This document shows positions 52,901 through 64,000 of a DNA stretch of 64,000 nucleotides, piece after piece. Within the stretch, counting starts at the first letter, position 1. Each line of letters opens with the position of its first letter. This DNA comes from Eledone cirrhosa (taxonomy: Eukaryota), in assembly GCA_964016885.1 (NCBI GenBank), contig OZ024741.1, positions 387,500,001-387,564,000 on the forward strand. Direction: 5' to 3'. The notes below the pieces were generated by a model. The model did not search any database and had not been told where the DNA came from. It saw only the letters and a list, made by a program, of their open reading frames with translations. Position numbers and translations under genes: made by a program.

Positions 52901-55900
52901 TGTGGGGTACTAGAGTGTTGTGAAATTGTGGAATAGTGGAATGTTGTGAGGTTCTGGAATAGTGGAATGTTGTGAGGTTGTGGAATAGTGGAATGTTGTG
53001 AGATTCTGGAATACTGGAGTGTTGTGAGGTTCTGGAATAGTGGAGTGTCGTGAAGTTGTGGAATAGTGGAATGTTGTGAGGTTCTGGAATAGTGAAATGT
53101 TGTGAAGTTGAGGAATAGTGGAATGTTGTGAGGTTGTGGAATAGTGGAATGTTGTGAGGTTGTGGAATACTGGAGTGTTTTGAAATTGTGGAATAATGGT
53201 GTGTTGTGAGGTTGTGGAATAGTAGAATGTTGTGAGGTTGTGGAATACTGCAGTGTTTTGAAATTGTGGAATAATGGTGTGTTGTGAGGTTGTGGAATAG
53301 TGGAATGTTGTGAGGTTGTGGAATAGTGGAATGTTGTGAGGTTGTGGAATAGTGGAATGTTGTGAGGTTCTGGAATAGTGGAATGTTGTGAAGTTGTGGA
53401 ATAGTGGAATGTTGTGAGGTTGTGGAATAGTGGAGTGTTGTGAAGTTGTGGAATAGTGGAGTGTTGTGAGGTTGTGGAATAGTGGTGTGTTGTGAGGTTG
53501 TGGAATAGTGGAGTTTTGTGAGGTTGTGGAATAGTGGAATGTTGTGAGGTTGTGGAATAGTGGTGTTTTGTGAGGTTATGGAATAGTGGAGTGTTGTGAA
53601 GTTGTTGAATATTGGAGTGTTGTGGAATAGTGGAATGTTGTAAGGTTCTGGAATAGTGAAATGTTGTGAAGTTGAGGAATAGTGGAATGTTGTGAGGTTG
53701 TGGAATAGTGGAATGTTGTGAGGTTGTGGAATACTGGAGTGTTATGAAATTGTGACATTGTGGAATAATGGTGTGTTGTGAGGTGGAATAGTGGAATGTT
53801 GTGAGGTTGTGGAATAGTGGAATGTTGTGAGGTTGTGGAATAGTGGAGTGTTGTGAAGTTGTGGAATAGTGGAACGTTGTGAGGTTGTGGAATAGTAGAA
53901 TGTTGTGAGGTTGTGGAATACTGGAGTGTTTTGAAATTGTGGAATAATGGTGTGTTGTGAGGTTGTGGAATAGTGGAATGATGTGAGGTTGTGGAATAGT
54001 GGAATGTTGTCAGGTTGTGGAATAGTGGAATGTTGTGAAGTTGTGGAATAGTGGAATATTGTGAGGTTGTGGAATAATGGAGTGTTGTGAAGTTGTGGAA
54101 TAGTGGAACGTTGTGAGGTTGTGGAATAGTAGAATGTTGTGAGGTTGTGGAATACTGGAGTGTTGTGAAGTTATGGAATACTGGAGTGTTGTGAAATTGT
54201 GGAATAGTGGTGTGTTGTGAGGTTGTGGAATAGTGGAATGTTGTGAGGTTGTGGAATAGTGGAATGTCGTGAGGTTGTGGAATAGTGGAGTGTTGTGAGG
54301 TTATGGAATAGTGGAGTGTTGTGAAGTTGTAGAATATTGGAGTGTTGTGAGGTTGTGGAATAGTGGAGTGTTGTGAGGTTGTGGAATAGTGGAGTGTTGT
54401 GAGGTTGTGGAATATTGGAATGATGTGAGGTTCTGGAATAGTGGAGTGTTGTGAAGTTGTAGAATATTAGAGTGTTGTGAAGTTGTGGAATAGTGGAATG
54501 TTGTGGGGTTCTGGAATAGTGGAATAGTGGAATGTTGTGAGGTTGTGGAATAGTGGAATGTTGTGAGGTTCTGGAATACTGGAGTGTTGTGAGGTTCTGG
54601 AATAGTGGAGTGTTGTGAAGTTGTAGAATATTGGAGTGTTGTGGAATAGTGGAATGTTGTGAAGTATTGGAATAGTGGAATGTTGTGTGGTTCTGGTATA
54701 CTGGAGTGTTGTGAGGTTCTGGAATAGTGGAGTGTTGTGAGGTTGTAGAATATTGGAGTGTTGTGAAGTTGTGGAATAGTGGAATGTTGTGAGGTTCTGG
54801 AATAGTGAAATGTTGTGAAGTTGAGGAATAGTGGAATAGTGGAATGTTGTGAGGTTGTTGAATACTGGAGTGTTGTGAAGTTGTGGAATAGTGGAACGTT
54901 GTGAGGTTGTGGAATAGTAGAATGCTGTGAGGTTGTGGAATACTGGAGTGTTTTGAAATTGTGGAATAATGGTGTGTTGTGAGGTTGTGGAATAGTGGAA
55001 TGATGTGAGGTTGTGGAATAGTGGAATGTTGTCAGGTTGTGGAATAATGGAGTGTTGTGAAGTTGTGGAATAGTGGAACATTGTGAGGTTGTGGAATAGT
55101 GGAATGTTGTGAGGTTGTGGAATACTGGAGTGTTGTGAAGTTATGGAATACTGGAGTGTTGTGAAATTGTGGAATAGTGGTGTGTTGTGAGGTTGTGGAA
55201 TAGTGGAATGTTGTGAGGTTGTGAAATAGTGGAGTGTTGTGAGGTTATGGAATAGTGGAGTGTTGTGAAGTTGTAGAATATTGGAGTGTTGTGAAGTTGT
55301 GGAATAGTGGAATGTTGTGAGGTTCTGGAATAGTGGAGTGTTGTGATGTTGTGGAATAGTTAAATGTTGTGAGGTTGGGGAATAGTGGAATGTTGTGAGG
55401 TTGTGGAATAGTGGAATGTCGTGAAGATGTGGAATAGTGGAGTGTTGTGAGGTTGTGGAATAGTAGAATGTTGTGAGGTTGTGGAATACTGGAGTGTTGT
55501 GAAGTTATGGAATACTGGAGTGTTGTGAAATTGTGGAATAGTGGTGTGTTGTGAGGTTGTGGAATAGTGGTGTGTTGTGAGGTTGTGGAATAGTGGAGTG
55601 TTGTAAGACTGGAATAGTGAAATATTGTGAGGTTGTGGAATGTTGTGAGCTTGTGGAATACTGGAGTGTTGTGAAGTTGTGGAATAGTGGAATGTTGTGA
55701 GGTTCTGGAATAGTGGAGTGTTGTGGAATAGTGGAATGTTGTGAGGTTGTGGAATAGTGGAATGTTGTGAGGTTCTGGAATACTGGAATGTTGTGAGGTT
55801 CTGGAATAGTGGAATGTTGTGAGGTTCTAGAATACTGGAGTGTTGTGAACTTGGGGAATAGGGAAATGTTGGGAGGTTGAGGAATAGTGGAGTGTTGTGA

Positions 55901-58900
55901 AGTCGTGGAATACTGGAGTGTTGTGAAGTCGTGGAATACTGGAGTGTTGTGAAATTGTGGAATAGTGGTGTGTTGTGAGGTTGTGGAATAGTGGAATGTT
56001 GTGAGCTTGTGGAATAGTGGAATGTTGTGAGGTTGTGGGGTACTAGAGTGTTGTGAAATTGTGGAATGTTGTGAGGTTGTGGAATAGTGGAATGTTGTGA
56101 GATTCTGGAATACTGGAGTGTTGTGAGGTTCTGGAATAGTGGAGTGTTGTGAAGTTGTAGAATATTGGGGTGTCGTGAAGTTGTGGAATAGTGGAATGTT
56201 GTGAGGTTCTGGAATAGTGAAATGTTGTGAAGTTGAGGAATAGTGGAATGTTGTGAGGTTGTGGAATAGTGGAACGTTGTGAGGTTGTGTAATAGTAGAA
56301 TGTTGTGAGGTTGTGGAATACTGGAATAATGGTGTGTTGTGAGGTTGTTGAAGAGTGGAATGTTGTGAGGTTGTGGAATAGTGGAATTTTATGAGGTTGT
56401 GCAATAGTGGAATGTTGTGAAGTTGTGGAATAGTGGAATGTTGTGAGGTTGTGGAATAGTGGAACGTTGTGAGGTTGTGGAATAGGAGAATGTTGTGAGG
56501 TTGTGGAATACTGGAGTGTTGTGAAGTTATGGAATACTGGAGTGTTGTGAAATTGTGGAATAGTGGTGTGTTGTGAGGTTGTGGAATAGTGGAATGTTGT
56601 GAGGTTGTGGAATAGTGGAATGTTGTGAGGTTGTGCAATAGTGGAGTTTTGTGAGGTTGTGGAATAGTGGAGTGTTGTAAAGTTGTTGAATATTGGAGTG
56701 TTGTGGAATAGTGGAATGTTGTGAGGTTGTCGAATACTGGGGTGTTATGAAATTGTGACATTGTGGAATAATGGTGTGTTGTGAGGTGGAATAGTGGAAT
56801 GTTGTGAGGTTGTGGAATAGTGGAGTGTTGTGAAGTTGTCGAATAGTGGAACGTTGTGAGGTTGTGGAATAGTAGAATGTTGTGAGGTTGTGGAATACTG
56901 GAGTGTTGTGAAGTTATGGAATACTGGAGTGTTATGAAATTGTGGAATAGTGGTGTGTTGTGAGGTTGTGGAATAGTGGAATGATGTGAGGTTGTGGAAT
57001 AGTGGAATGTTGTGAGGTTGTGGAATAGTGGAGTGTTGTAAGGCTGTGGAATAGTGGAGTGTTGTGAGGTTGTGGAATAGTGGAGTGTTGTGAAGTTGTG
57101 GAATAGTGGAATGTTGTGATGTTGTGGAATAGTGGAATGTTGTGAGTTTGTTTGAATAGTGGAGTGTTGTGAAGTTGTGGAATAGTGGAACGTTGTGAGG
57201 TTGTGGAATAGTGTAGTGTTGTGAGGTTGAGTAATACTGGAATGTTGTGAGGTTGTGGAATAGTGGAGTGTTGTGAAGTCGTGGAATACTGGAGTGTTGT
57301 GGAATTGTGGAATAGTGGTGTGTTGTGAGGTTGTGGAATAGTGGAATGTTGTGAGATTCTGGAATACTGGAGTGTTATGAGGTTCTGGAATAGTGGAGTG
57401 TTGTGAAGTTGTAGAATATTGGAGTGTTGTGAAGTTGTGGAATAGTGGAATGTTGTGAGGTTCTGGAATAGTGAAATTTTGTGAAGTTGAGGAATAGTGG
57501 AATGTTGTGAGGTTGTGGAATAGTGGAATGTTGTGAGGTTGTGGAATACTGGAGTGTTGTGAAGTTGTGGAATAGTGGAACGTTCTGAGGTTGTGGAATA
57601 GTAGAATGTTGTGAGGTTGTGGAATACTGGAGTGTTTTGAAATTGTGAAATTGTGGAATAATGGTGTGTTGTGAGATTGTGGAATAGTGGAATGTTGTGA
57701 AGTTGTGGAAGAGTGGAATGTTGTGAGGTTGTGGAATAGTGGAGTGTTGTGGAATATTGGAACGTTGTGAGGTTGTGGAATACTGGAGTTTTGTGAAGTT
57801 AAGGAATACTGGAGTATTGTGGAATAGAGGTGTGTTGTGAGGTTGTGGAATACTGGAGTGTTGTGAAGTTATGGAATACTGGAGTGTTGTGAAATTGTGG
57901 AATAGTGGTGTGTTGTGAGGTTGTGGAATGGTGGAATGATGTGAGGTTGTGGAATAGTGGAATGTTGTGAGGTTGTGGAATAGTGGAGTGTTGTAAGGCT
58001 GTGGAATGTTGTGAGGTTGTGGAATAGTGGAATGTTGTGAGCTTGTAGAATACTGGAGTGTTGTGAAGTTGTGGAATAGTGGAATGTTGTGAGGTTCTGG
58101 AATAGTGGAGTGTTGTGAAGTTGTGGAATAGTGGAATGTTGTGAGGTTCTGGAGTAGTGGAATGTTGTGAGGTTGTGGAATAGTGGAATGTTGTGAGGTT
58201 GTGGAATACTGGAGTGTTGTAACGTTCTGGAATAGTGGAGTGTTGTGAAGTTGTAGAATATTGGAGTGTTGTGAAGTTGTGGAATAGTGGAATGTTGTGA
58301 GGTTCTGGAATAGTGGAATGTTGTGAGGTTCTAGAATACTGGAGTGTTGTGAGGTTATGGAATAGTGGAATGTTGTGAAGTTGTAGAATATTGGAGTGTT
58401 GTGAAGTTGTGGAATAGTGGAATGTTGTGAGGTTCTGGAATAGTGGAATGTTGTGAGGTTGAGGAATAGTGGAATGTTGTGAGGTTGTGGAATAGTGGAG
58501 TGTTGTGAAGTTGTGGAATAGTGGAGTGTTGTGTAGTTGTGGAATAGTGCAGCGTTGTGAGGTTGTGGAATAGTAGAATGTTGTGAGCTTGTGGAATACT
58601 GGAATGTTGTGAAGTTATGGAATACTGGAGTGTTGTGGAATAGTGGTGTGTTGTGAGGTTGTGGAATAGTGGAATGTTGTGAGGTTGTGGAATAGTGAAA
58701 TGTTGTGATGTTGTGGGGTACTAGTGTGTTGTGGAATAGTGGAATGTTGTGAGGTTTTGGAATAATGGAATGTTGTGAGGTTGTGAAATTGTGGAATAGT
58801 GGAATGTTGTGAAGTTGTGGAATACTGGAGTGTTGTGAGGTTGTGGAATACTGGAGTGTTGTGAAGTTGTAGAATAGTGGAGTGTTGTGAAGTTGTAGAA

Positions 58901-61900
58901 TAGTGGAATGTTGTGAGGCTGTGGAATAGTAGAATGTTGTGAGGTTCTGGAACAGTGGAGTGGAGTGTTGTGTAGTTGTGGGATGTTGTGATTTGGAATA
59001 GTGGAGTCTTGTGAAGTTGTGGAATAGTGGAATGTTGTGAAATTGTGGAATAGTGGAATGTTGTGAGGTTGTGGAATAGTGGAATGTTGTGAGGTTGTGG
59101 AATTGTGGAATGTTGTGAAGTTGTAGAATATTGTAATGTTGTGAGGCTGTGGAAGAGTAGAATGTTGTGAGGTTCTGGAACAGTGGAGTGTTGTGTAGTT
59201 GTGTGATGTTGTGGAATAGTGGAATGTTGTGAGGTTGTGGAATAGTGGAGTCTTGTGAAGTTGTGGAATAGTGGAATGTTGTGGAATAGTGGAATGTTGT
59301 GAGGTTGTGGAATACTGGAGTATTGTGAAGTTGTGGAATAGTGGAATGTTGTGAGGTTGAGGAATAGTGGAGTGTTGTGAAGTTGTGGAATACTGGAGTG
59401 TTGTGAGGTTGTGGAATAGTGGAGTGTTGTGAAGTTGTGGAATAGTGGAATGTTGTGAGGTTCTGGAATAGTGGAGTGTTGTGAAGTTGTAGAATAGTTG
59501 AGTGTTGTGAAGTTGTGGTATACTGGTGTGTTTTGGAATAGTGGAATGTTGTGATGTTGTGGAATAGTGGAATGTTGTGAGGTTGTTTGAATAGTGGAGT
59601 GTCGTGAAGTTGTGGAATAGTGGAACGTTGTGAGGTTGTGGAATAGTGGAGTGTTGTGAGGTTGTGGAATAGTGGAGTGTTGTGAAGTTGTGGAATAGTG
59701 AAATGTTGGGAGGTTGAGGAATACTGGAATGTTGTGAGGTTGTGGAATAGTGGTGTGTTGTGGAATAGTGGAATATTGTGAGGTTGTGGAATAGGGGAAT
59801 GTTGTGAGGTTGTGGGGTGCTAGAGTGTTGTGAAATTGTGGAATAGTGGAATGTTGTGAGGTTCTGGAATAGTGGAGTGTTGTTGATAGTGGAATAGTGG
59901 AATGTTGTGAGGTTGTGGAGTAGTGGAATGTTGTGAGATTCTGGAATAGTGGAGTGTTGTGAAGTTGTAGAATATTGGAGTGTTGTGAAGTTGTGGAATA
60001 GTGGAATGTTGTGAGGTTATGGAATAGTGAAATGTTGTGAAGTTGAGGAATAGTGGAATGTTGTGAGGTTGTGGAATAGTGGAATGTTGTGAGGTTGTGG
60101 AATAGTAGAATGTTGTGAGGTTGTGGAATACTGGAGTGTTTTGAAATTGTGAAATTGTGGAATAATGGTGTGTTGTGAGGTTGTGGAATAGTGGAATGTT
60201 GTGAGGTTGTGGAATGTTGTGAGGTTGTGGAATAGTGGAATGTTGTGAGGTTGTGGAATAGTGGAGTGTTGTGAAGTTGTGGAATAGTGGAACGTTGTGA
60301 GGTTGTGGAATAGTAGAATGTTGTGAGGTTGTGGAATACTGGAGTGTTGTGAAATTGTGGAATAGTGTCGTGTTGTGAGGTTGTGGAATAGTGGAATGTT
60401 GTGAGGTTGTGAAATAGTGGAGTGTTGTGAGGTTATGGAATAGTGGAGTGTTGTGAAGTTGTTGAATATTGGAGTGTTGTGAGATTCTGGAATAGTGGAA
60501 TGTTGTGAGGTTCTAGAATACTGGAGTGTTGTGAGGTTATAGAATAGTGGAGTGTTGTGAAGTTGTAGTATATTGGAGTGTTGTGAAGTTGTAGAATAGT
60601 GGAATGTTGTGAGGTTCTGGAATAGTGGAATGTTGTGAGGTTGTGGAGTGTTGTGAGGTTGTGGAATAGTGGAGTGTTGTGAAGTTGTGGAATAGTGGAG
60701 TGTTGTGAAATTGTGGAATAGTGGTGTGTTGTGAGGTTGTGGAATAGTGGAATGTTGTGAGTTTGTGGAATAGTGGAATGTTGTGAGGTTGTGGGGTACT
60801 AGAGTGTTGTGAAATTGTGGAATAGTGGAATGTTGTGAGGTTGTGGAATAGTGGAATGTTGTGAGGTTCTGGAATACTGGAGTGTTGTGAGGTTCTGGAA
60901 TAGTGGAGTGTTGTGAAGTTGTAGAATATTGGAGTGTTGTGGAATAGTGGAACGTTGTGAGGTACTGGAATAGTGAAATGTTGTGAGGTTGTGGAATAGT
61001 GGAATGTTGTGAGGTTGTGGAATACTGGAGTGTTGTGAGGTTGTGGAATAGTGGAGTGTTGTGAAATTGTGGAATAGTGGTGTGTTGTGAGGTTGTGGAA
61101 TAGTGGAATGTTGTGAGTTTGTGGAATAGTGGAATGTTGTGAGGTTCTGGAATAGTGGAATAGTGGAATGTTGTGAGGTTGTGGATTAGTGAAATGTTGT
61201 GAGGTTCTGGAATACTGGAGTGTTGTGAGGTTCTGGAATAGTGGAGTGTTGTGAAGTTGTAGAATATTGGAGTGTTGTGGAATAGTGGAACGTTGTGAGG
61301 TACTGGAATAGTGAAATGTTGTGAAGTTGAAGAATAGTGGAATGTTGTGAGGTTGTGGAATAGTGGAATGTTGTGAGGTTGTGGAATACTGGAGTGTTGT
61401 GAGGTTGTGGAATAGTGGAACGTTGTGAGGTTGTGGAATAGTAGAATGTTGTGAGGTTGTGGCATACTGGAGTGTTTTGAAATCGTGAAATTGTGGAATA
61501 ATGGTGTGTTGTGAGGTTGTGGAATAGTGGAATGTTGTGAGGTTGTGGAATAGTGGAATGTTGTGAGGTTGTGGAATGTTGTGGAATATTGGAGTGTTGT
61601 GAGGTTGTGGAATAGTGGAACGTTGTGAGGTTGTGGAATAGTAGAATGTTGCGAGGTTGTGGAATACTGGAGTGTTGTGAAGTTATGGAATAGTGGAGTG
61701 TTGTGAAATTGTGGAATAGTGGTGTGTTGTGAGGTTGTGGAATAGTGGAATGATGTGAGGTTGTGGAATAGTGGAATGTTGTGAGGTTGTGGAATAGTGG
61801 AGTGTTGTGAAGTTGTGGAATAGTGGAATGTTGTGAGGTTCTGGAATACTGGAGTGTTGTGAAGTTGTGGAATAGTGGAATGTTGTGAGGTTGTGAAATA

Positions 61901-64000
61901 GTGGAATGTTGTGAGGTTGTGGAATAGTGGAATGTTGTGAGCTTGTGGAATACTGGAGTGTTGTGAAGTTGTGGAATAGTGGAGTGTTGTGAAGTTGTGG
62001 AATGTTGTGAGGTGGAATAGTGGAATGTTGTGAGGTTGTGGAATACTGGAGTGTTGTAAGGTTCTGGAATAGTGGAGTGTTGTAAGGTTCTGGAATAGTG
62101 GAGTGTTGTGAAGTTGTAGAATATTGGAGTGTTGTGAAGTTGTGGAATAGTGGAATGTTGTGAGATTCTGGAATAGTGGAATGTTGTGAGGTTCTAGAAT
62201 ACTGGAGTGTTGTGAGGTTATTGAATAGTGGAGTGTTGTGAAGTTGTAGAATATTGGAGTGTTGTGAAGTTGTGGAATAGTGGAATGTTGTGAGGTTCTG
62301 GAATAGTGGAATGTTGTGAGGTTGAGGAATAGTTGAATGTTGTGAGGTTGTGGAATAGGGAAATGTTGGGAGGTTGAGGAATAGTGGTGTGTTGTGAGGT
62401 TGTGGAATAGTGGAATGTTGTGAGGTTGTGGAATAGTGGAATGTTGTGAGATTCTGGAAAAGTGAAATGTTGTGAAGTTGAGGAATAGTGGAATGTTGTG
62501 AGGTTGTGGAATAGTGGAATGTTGTGAGGTTGTGGAATACTGGAGTGTTGTGAAGTTGTGGAATAGTGGAACGTTGTGAGGTTGTGGAATAGTAGAATGT
62601 TGTGAGGTTGTGGAATACTGGAGTGTCTTGAAATTGTGAAATTGTGGAATAATGGTGTGTTGTGATGTTGTGGAATAGTGGAATGTTGTGAGGTTGTGGA
62701 ATAATGGAATGTTGTGAGGTTGTGGAATAGTGGAATGTTGTGAAGTTGTGGAATAGTGGAATGTTGTGAAGTTGTGGAACATTGTGAGGTTGTGGAATAG
62801 TAGAATGTTGTGAGGTTGTGGAATACTGGAGTGTTGTGGAATAGTGGTGTGTTGTGAGGTTGTGGAATAGTGGAATGTTGTGAGGTTGTGGAATAGTGGA
62901 GTGTTGTGAGGTTATGGAATAGTGGAGTGTTGTGAGGTTCTGGAATACTGGAGTGTTGTGGAATAGTGGAACGTTGTGAGGTTGTGGAATAGTGGAATGT
63001 TGTGAGGTTCTGGAATAGTGAAATGTTGTGAAGTTGAGGAATAGTGGAATGTTGTGAGGTTGTGGAATAGTGGAGTGTTGTGAGGTTGTGGAATAGTGGA
63101 GTGTTGTGAGGTTGTGGAACAGTGGAATGTTGTGAGGTTGTGGAATAGTGGAGTGTTGTGAGGTTGTGGAATAGTGGTGTGTTGTGAAGTTGTGGAATAG
63201 TGGAGTGTTGTAAGGCTTTGGAATAGTGGAATGTTGTGAGCTTGTGGAATACTGGAGTGTTGTGAGGTTCTGGAATAGTGGAGTGTTGTGAAGTTGTGGA
63301 ATAGTGGAATGTTGTGAGGTTGTGGAATAGTGGAATGTTGTGAGGTTGTAGAATATTGGAGTGTTGTGAACTTGTAGAATATTGGAGTGTTGTGAAGTTG
63401 TGGAATAGTGGAATGTGAGGTTCTGGAATAGTGGAATGTTGTGAGGTTCTAGAATACTGGAGTGTTGTGAGGTTCTAGAATACTGGAGTGTTGTGAGGTT
63501 CTAGAATACTGGAGTGTTGTGAGGTTCTGAAATAGTGGAATGTTGTGAGGTTGTGGAATAGTGGAATGTTGTGAAGTTGTGGAATAGTGAAATGTTGGGA
63601 GGTTGAGGAATAGTGGAATGTTGTGAGGTTGTGGAATAGTGGAGTGTTGTGTAGTCGTGGAATACTGGAATGTTGTGAAATTGTGGAATAGTGGTGTGTT
63701 GTGAGGTTGTGGAATAGTGGAATGTTGTGAGGTTGTGGGGGTACTAGAGTGTTGTGAAATTGTGGAATAGTGGAAAGTTGTGAGGTTCTGGAATAGTGGA
63801 ATGTTGTGAGGTTGTGGAATGTTGTGTGGTTCTGGAATACTGGAGTGTTGTGAGGTTCTAGAATAGTGGAGTGTTGTGAAGTTGTAGCATATTGGAGTGT
63901 TGTGATGTTGTGGAATAGTGGAATGTTGTGAGGTTCTGGAATAGTGAAATGTTGTGAAGTTGAGGAATAGTGGAATGTTGTGAGGTTGTGGAACAGTGGA
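22933..64000. repeat. Giant 26-bp satellite array (>41 kb, ~1600 units), open at the right edge
   Basis: Unit GTTGTGGAATAGTGGAATGTTGTGAG with recurrent variants, in a single orientation. No interspersed unique sequence seen. Confidence 0.98.

Noticed and set aside
32228-62782. Very long minus-strand ORFs (up to 1322 aa; FHNLTTFHYSTTSQHSTIPQPHNIPL repeats) as a mucin-like or structural protein gene
   Set aside because: The reverse complement of the 26-bp unit has no stop in any frame, so all three frames give the same 26-aa peptide. Frame-breaking 8/10-bp indels are common, and there is no signal peptide or unique domain.
22933-64000. Telomeric repeat
   Set aside because: GT-rich, but it contains no TTAGGG runs and has a complex 26-bp unit.

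Overview
Eukaryotic, AT-rich animal genomic DNA. The SINE and RTE families look cephalopod (Octopus-like); that assignment is inference. The window holds six internal + strand exons of an SZT2 (KICSTOR scaffold) orthologue, 4579-22515, which splice in frame. The introns are packed with retroelements: several RTE LINE copies, a 5'-complete but 3'-rearranged CR1/L2-type LINE with intact ORF1, a Penelope-like RT fragment, a non-autonomous LTR element nested in an RTE, tRNA-SINEs, and a ~48-bp minisatellite. From ~22.9 kb to the end, the gene's next intron appears to be a >41-kb GT-rich 26-bp satellite with layered higher-order structure, including a ~14.3-15.4-kb tandem duplication. Most notable: the giant intronic satellite, a -1 slippery site joining LINE ORF1 to an ATG-less ORF2, an LTR that has absorbed successive primer-binding sites, and a twin-priming-type 5' inversion in an RTE.
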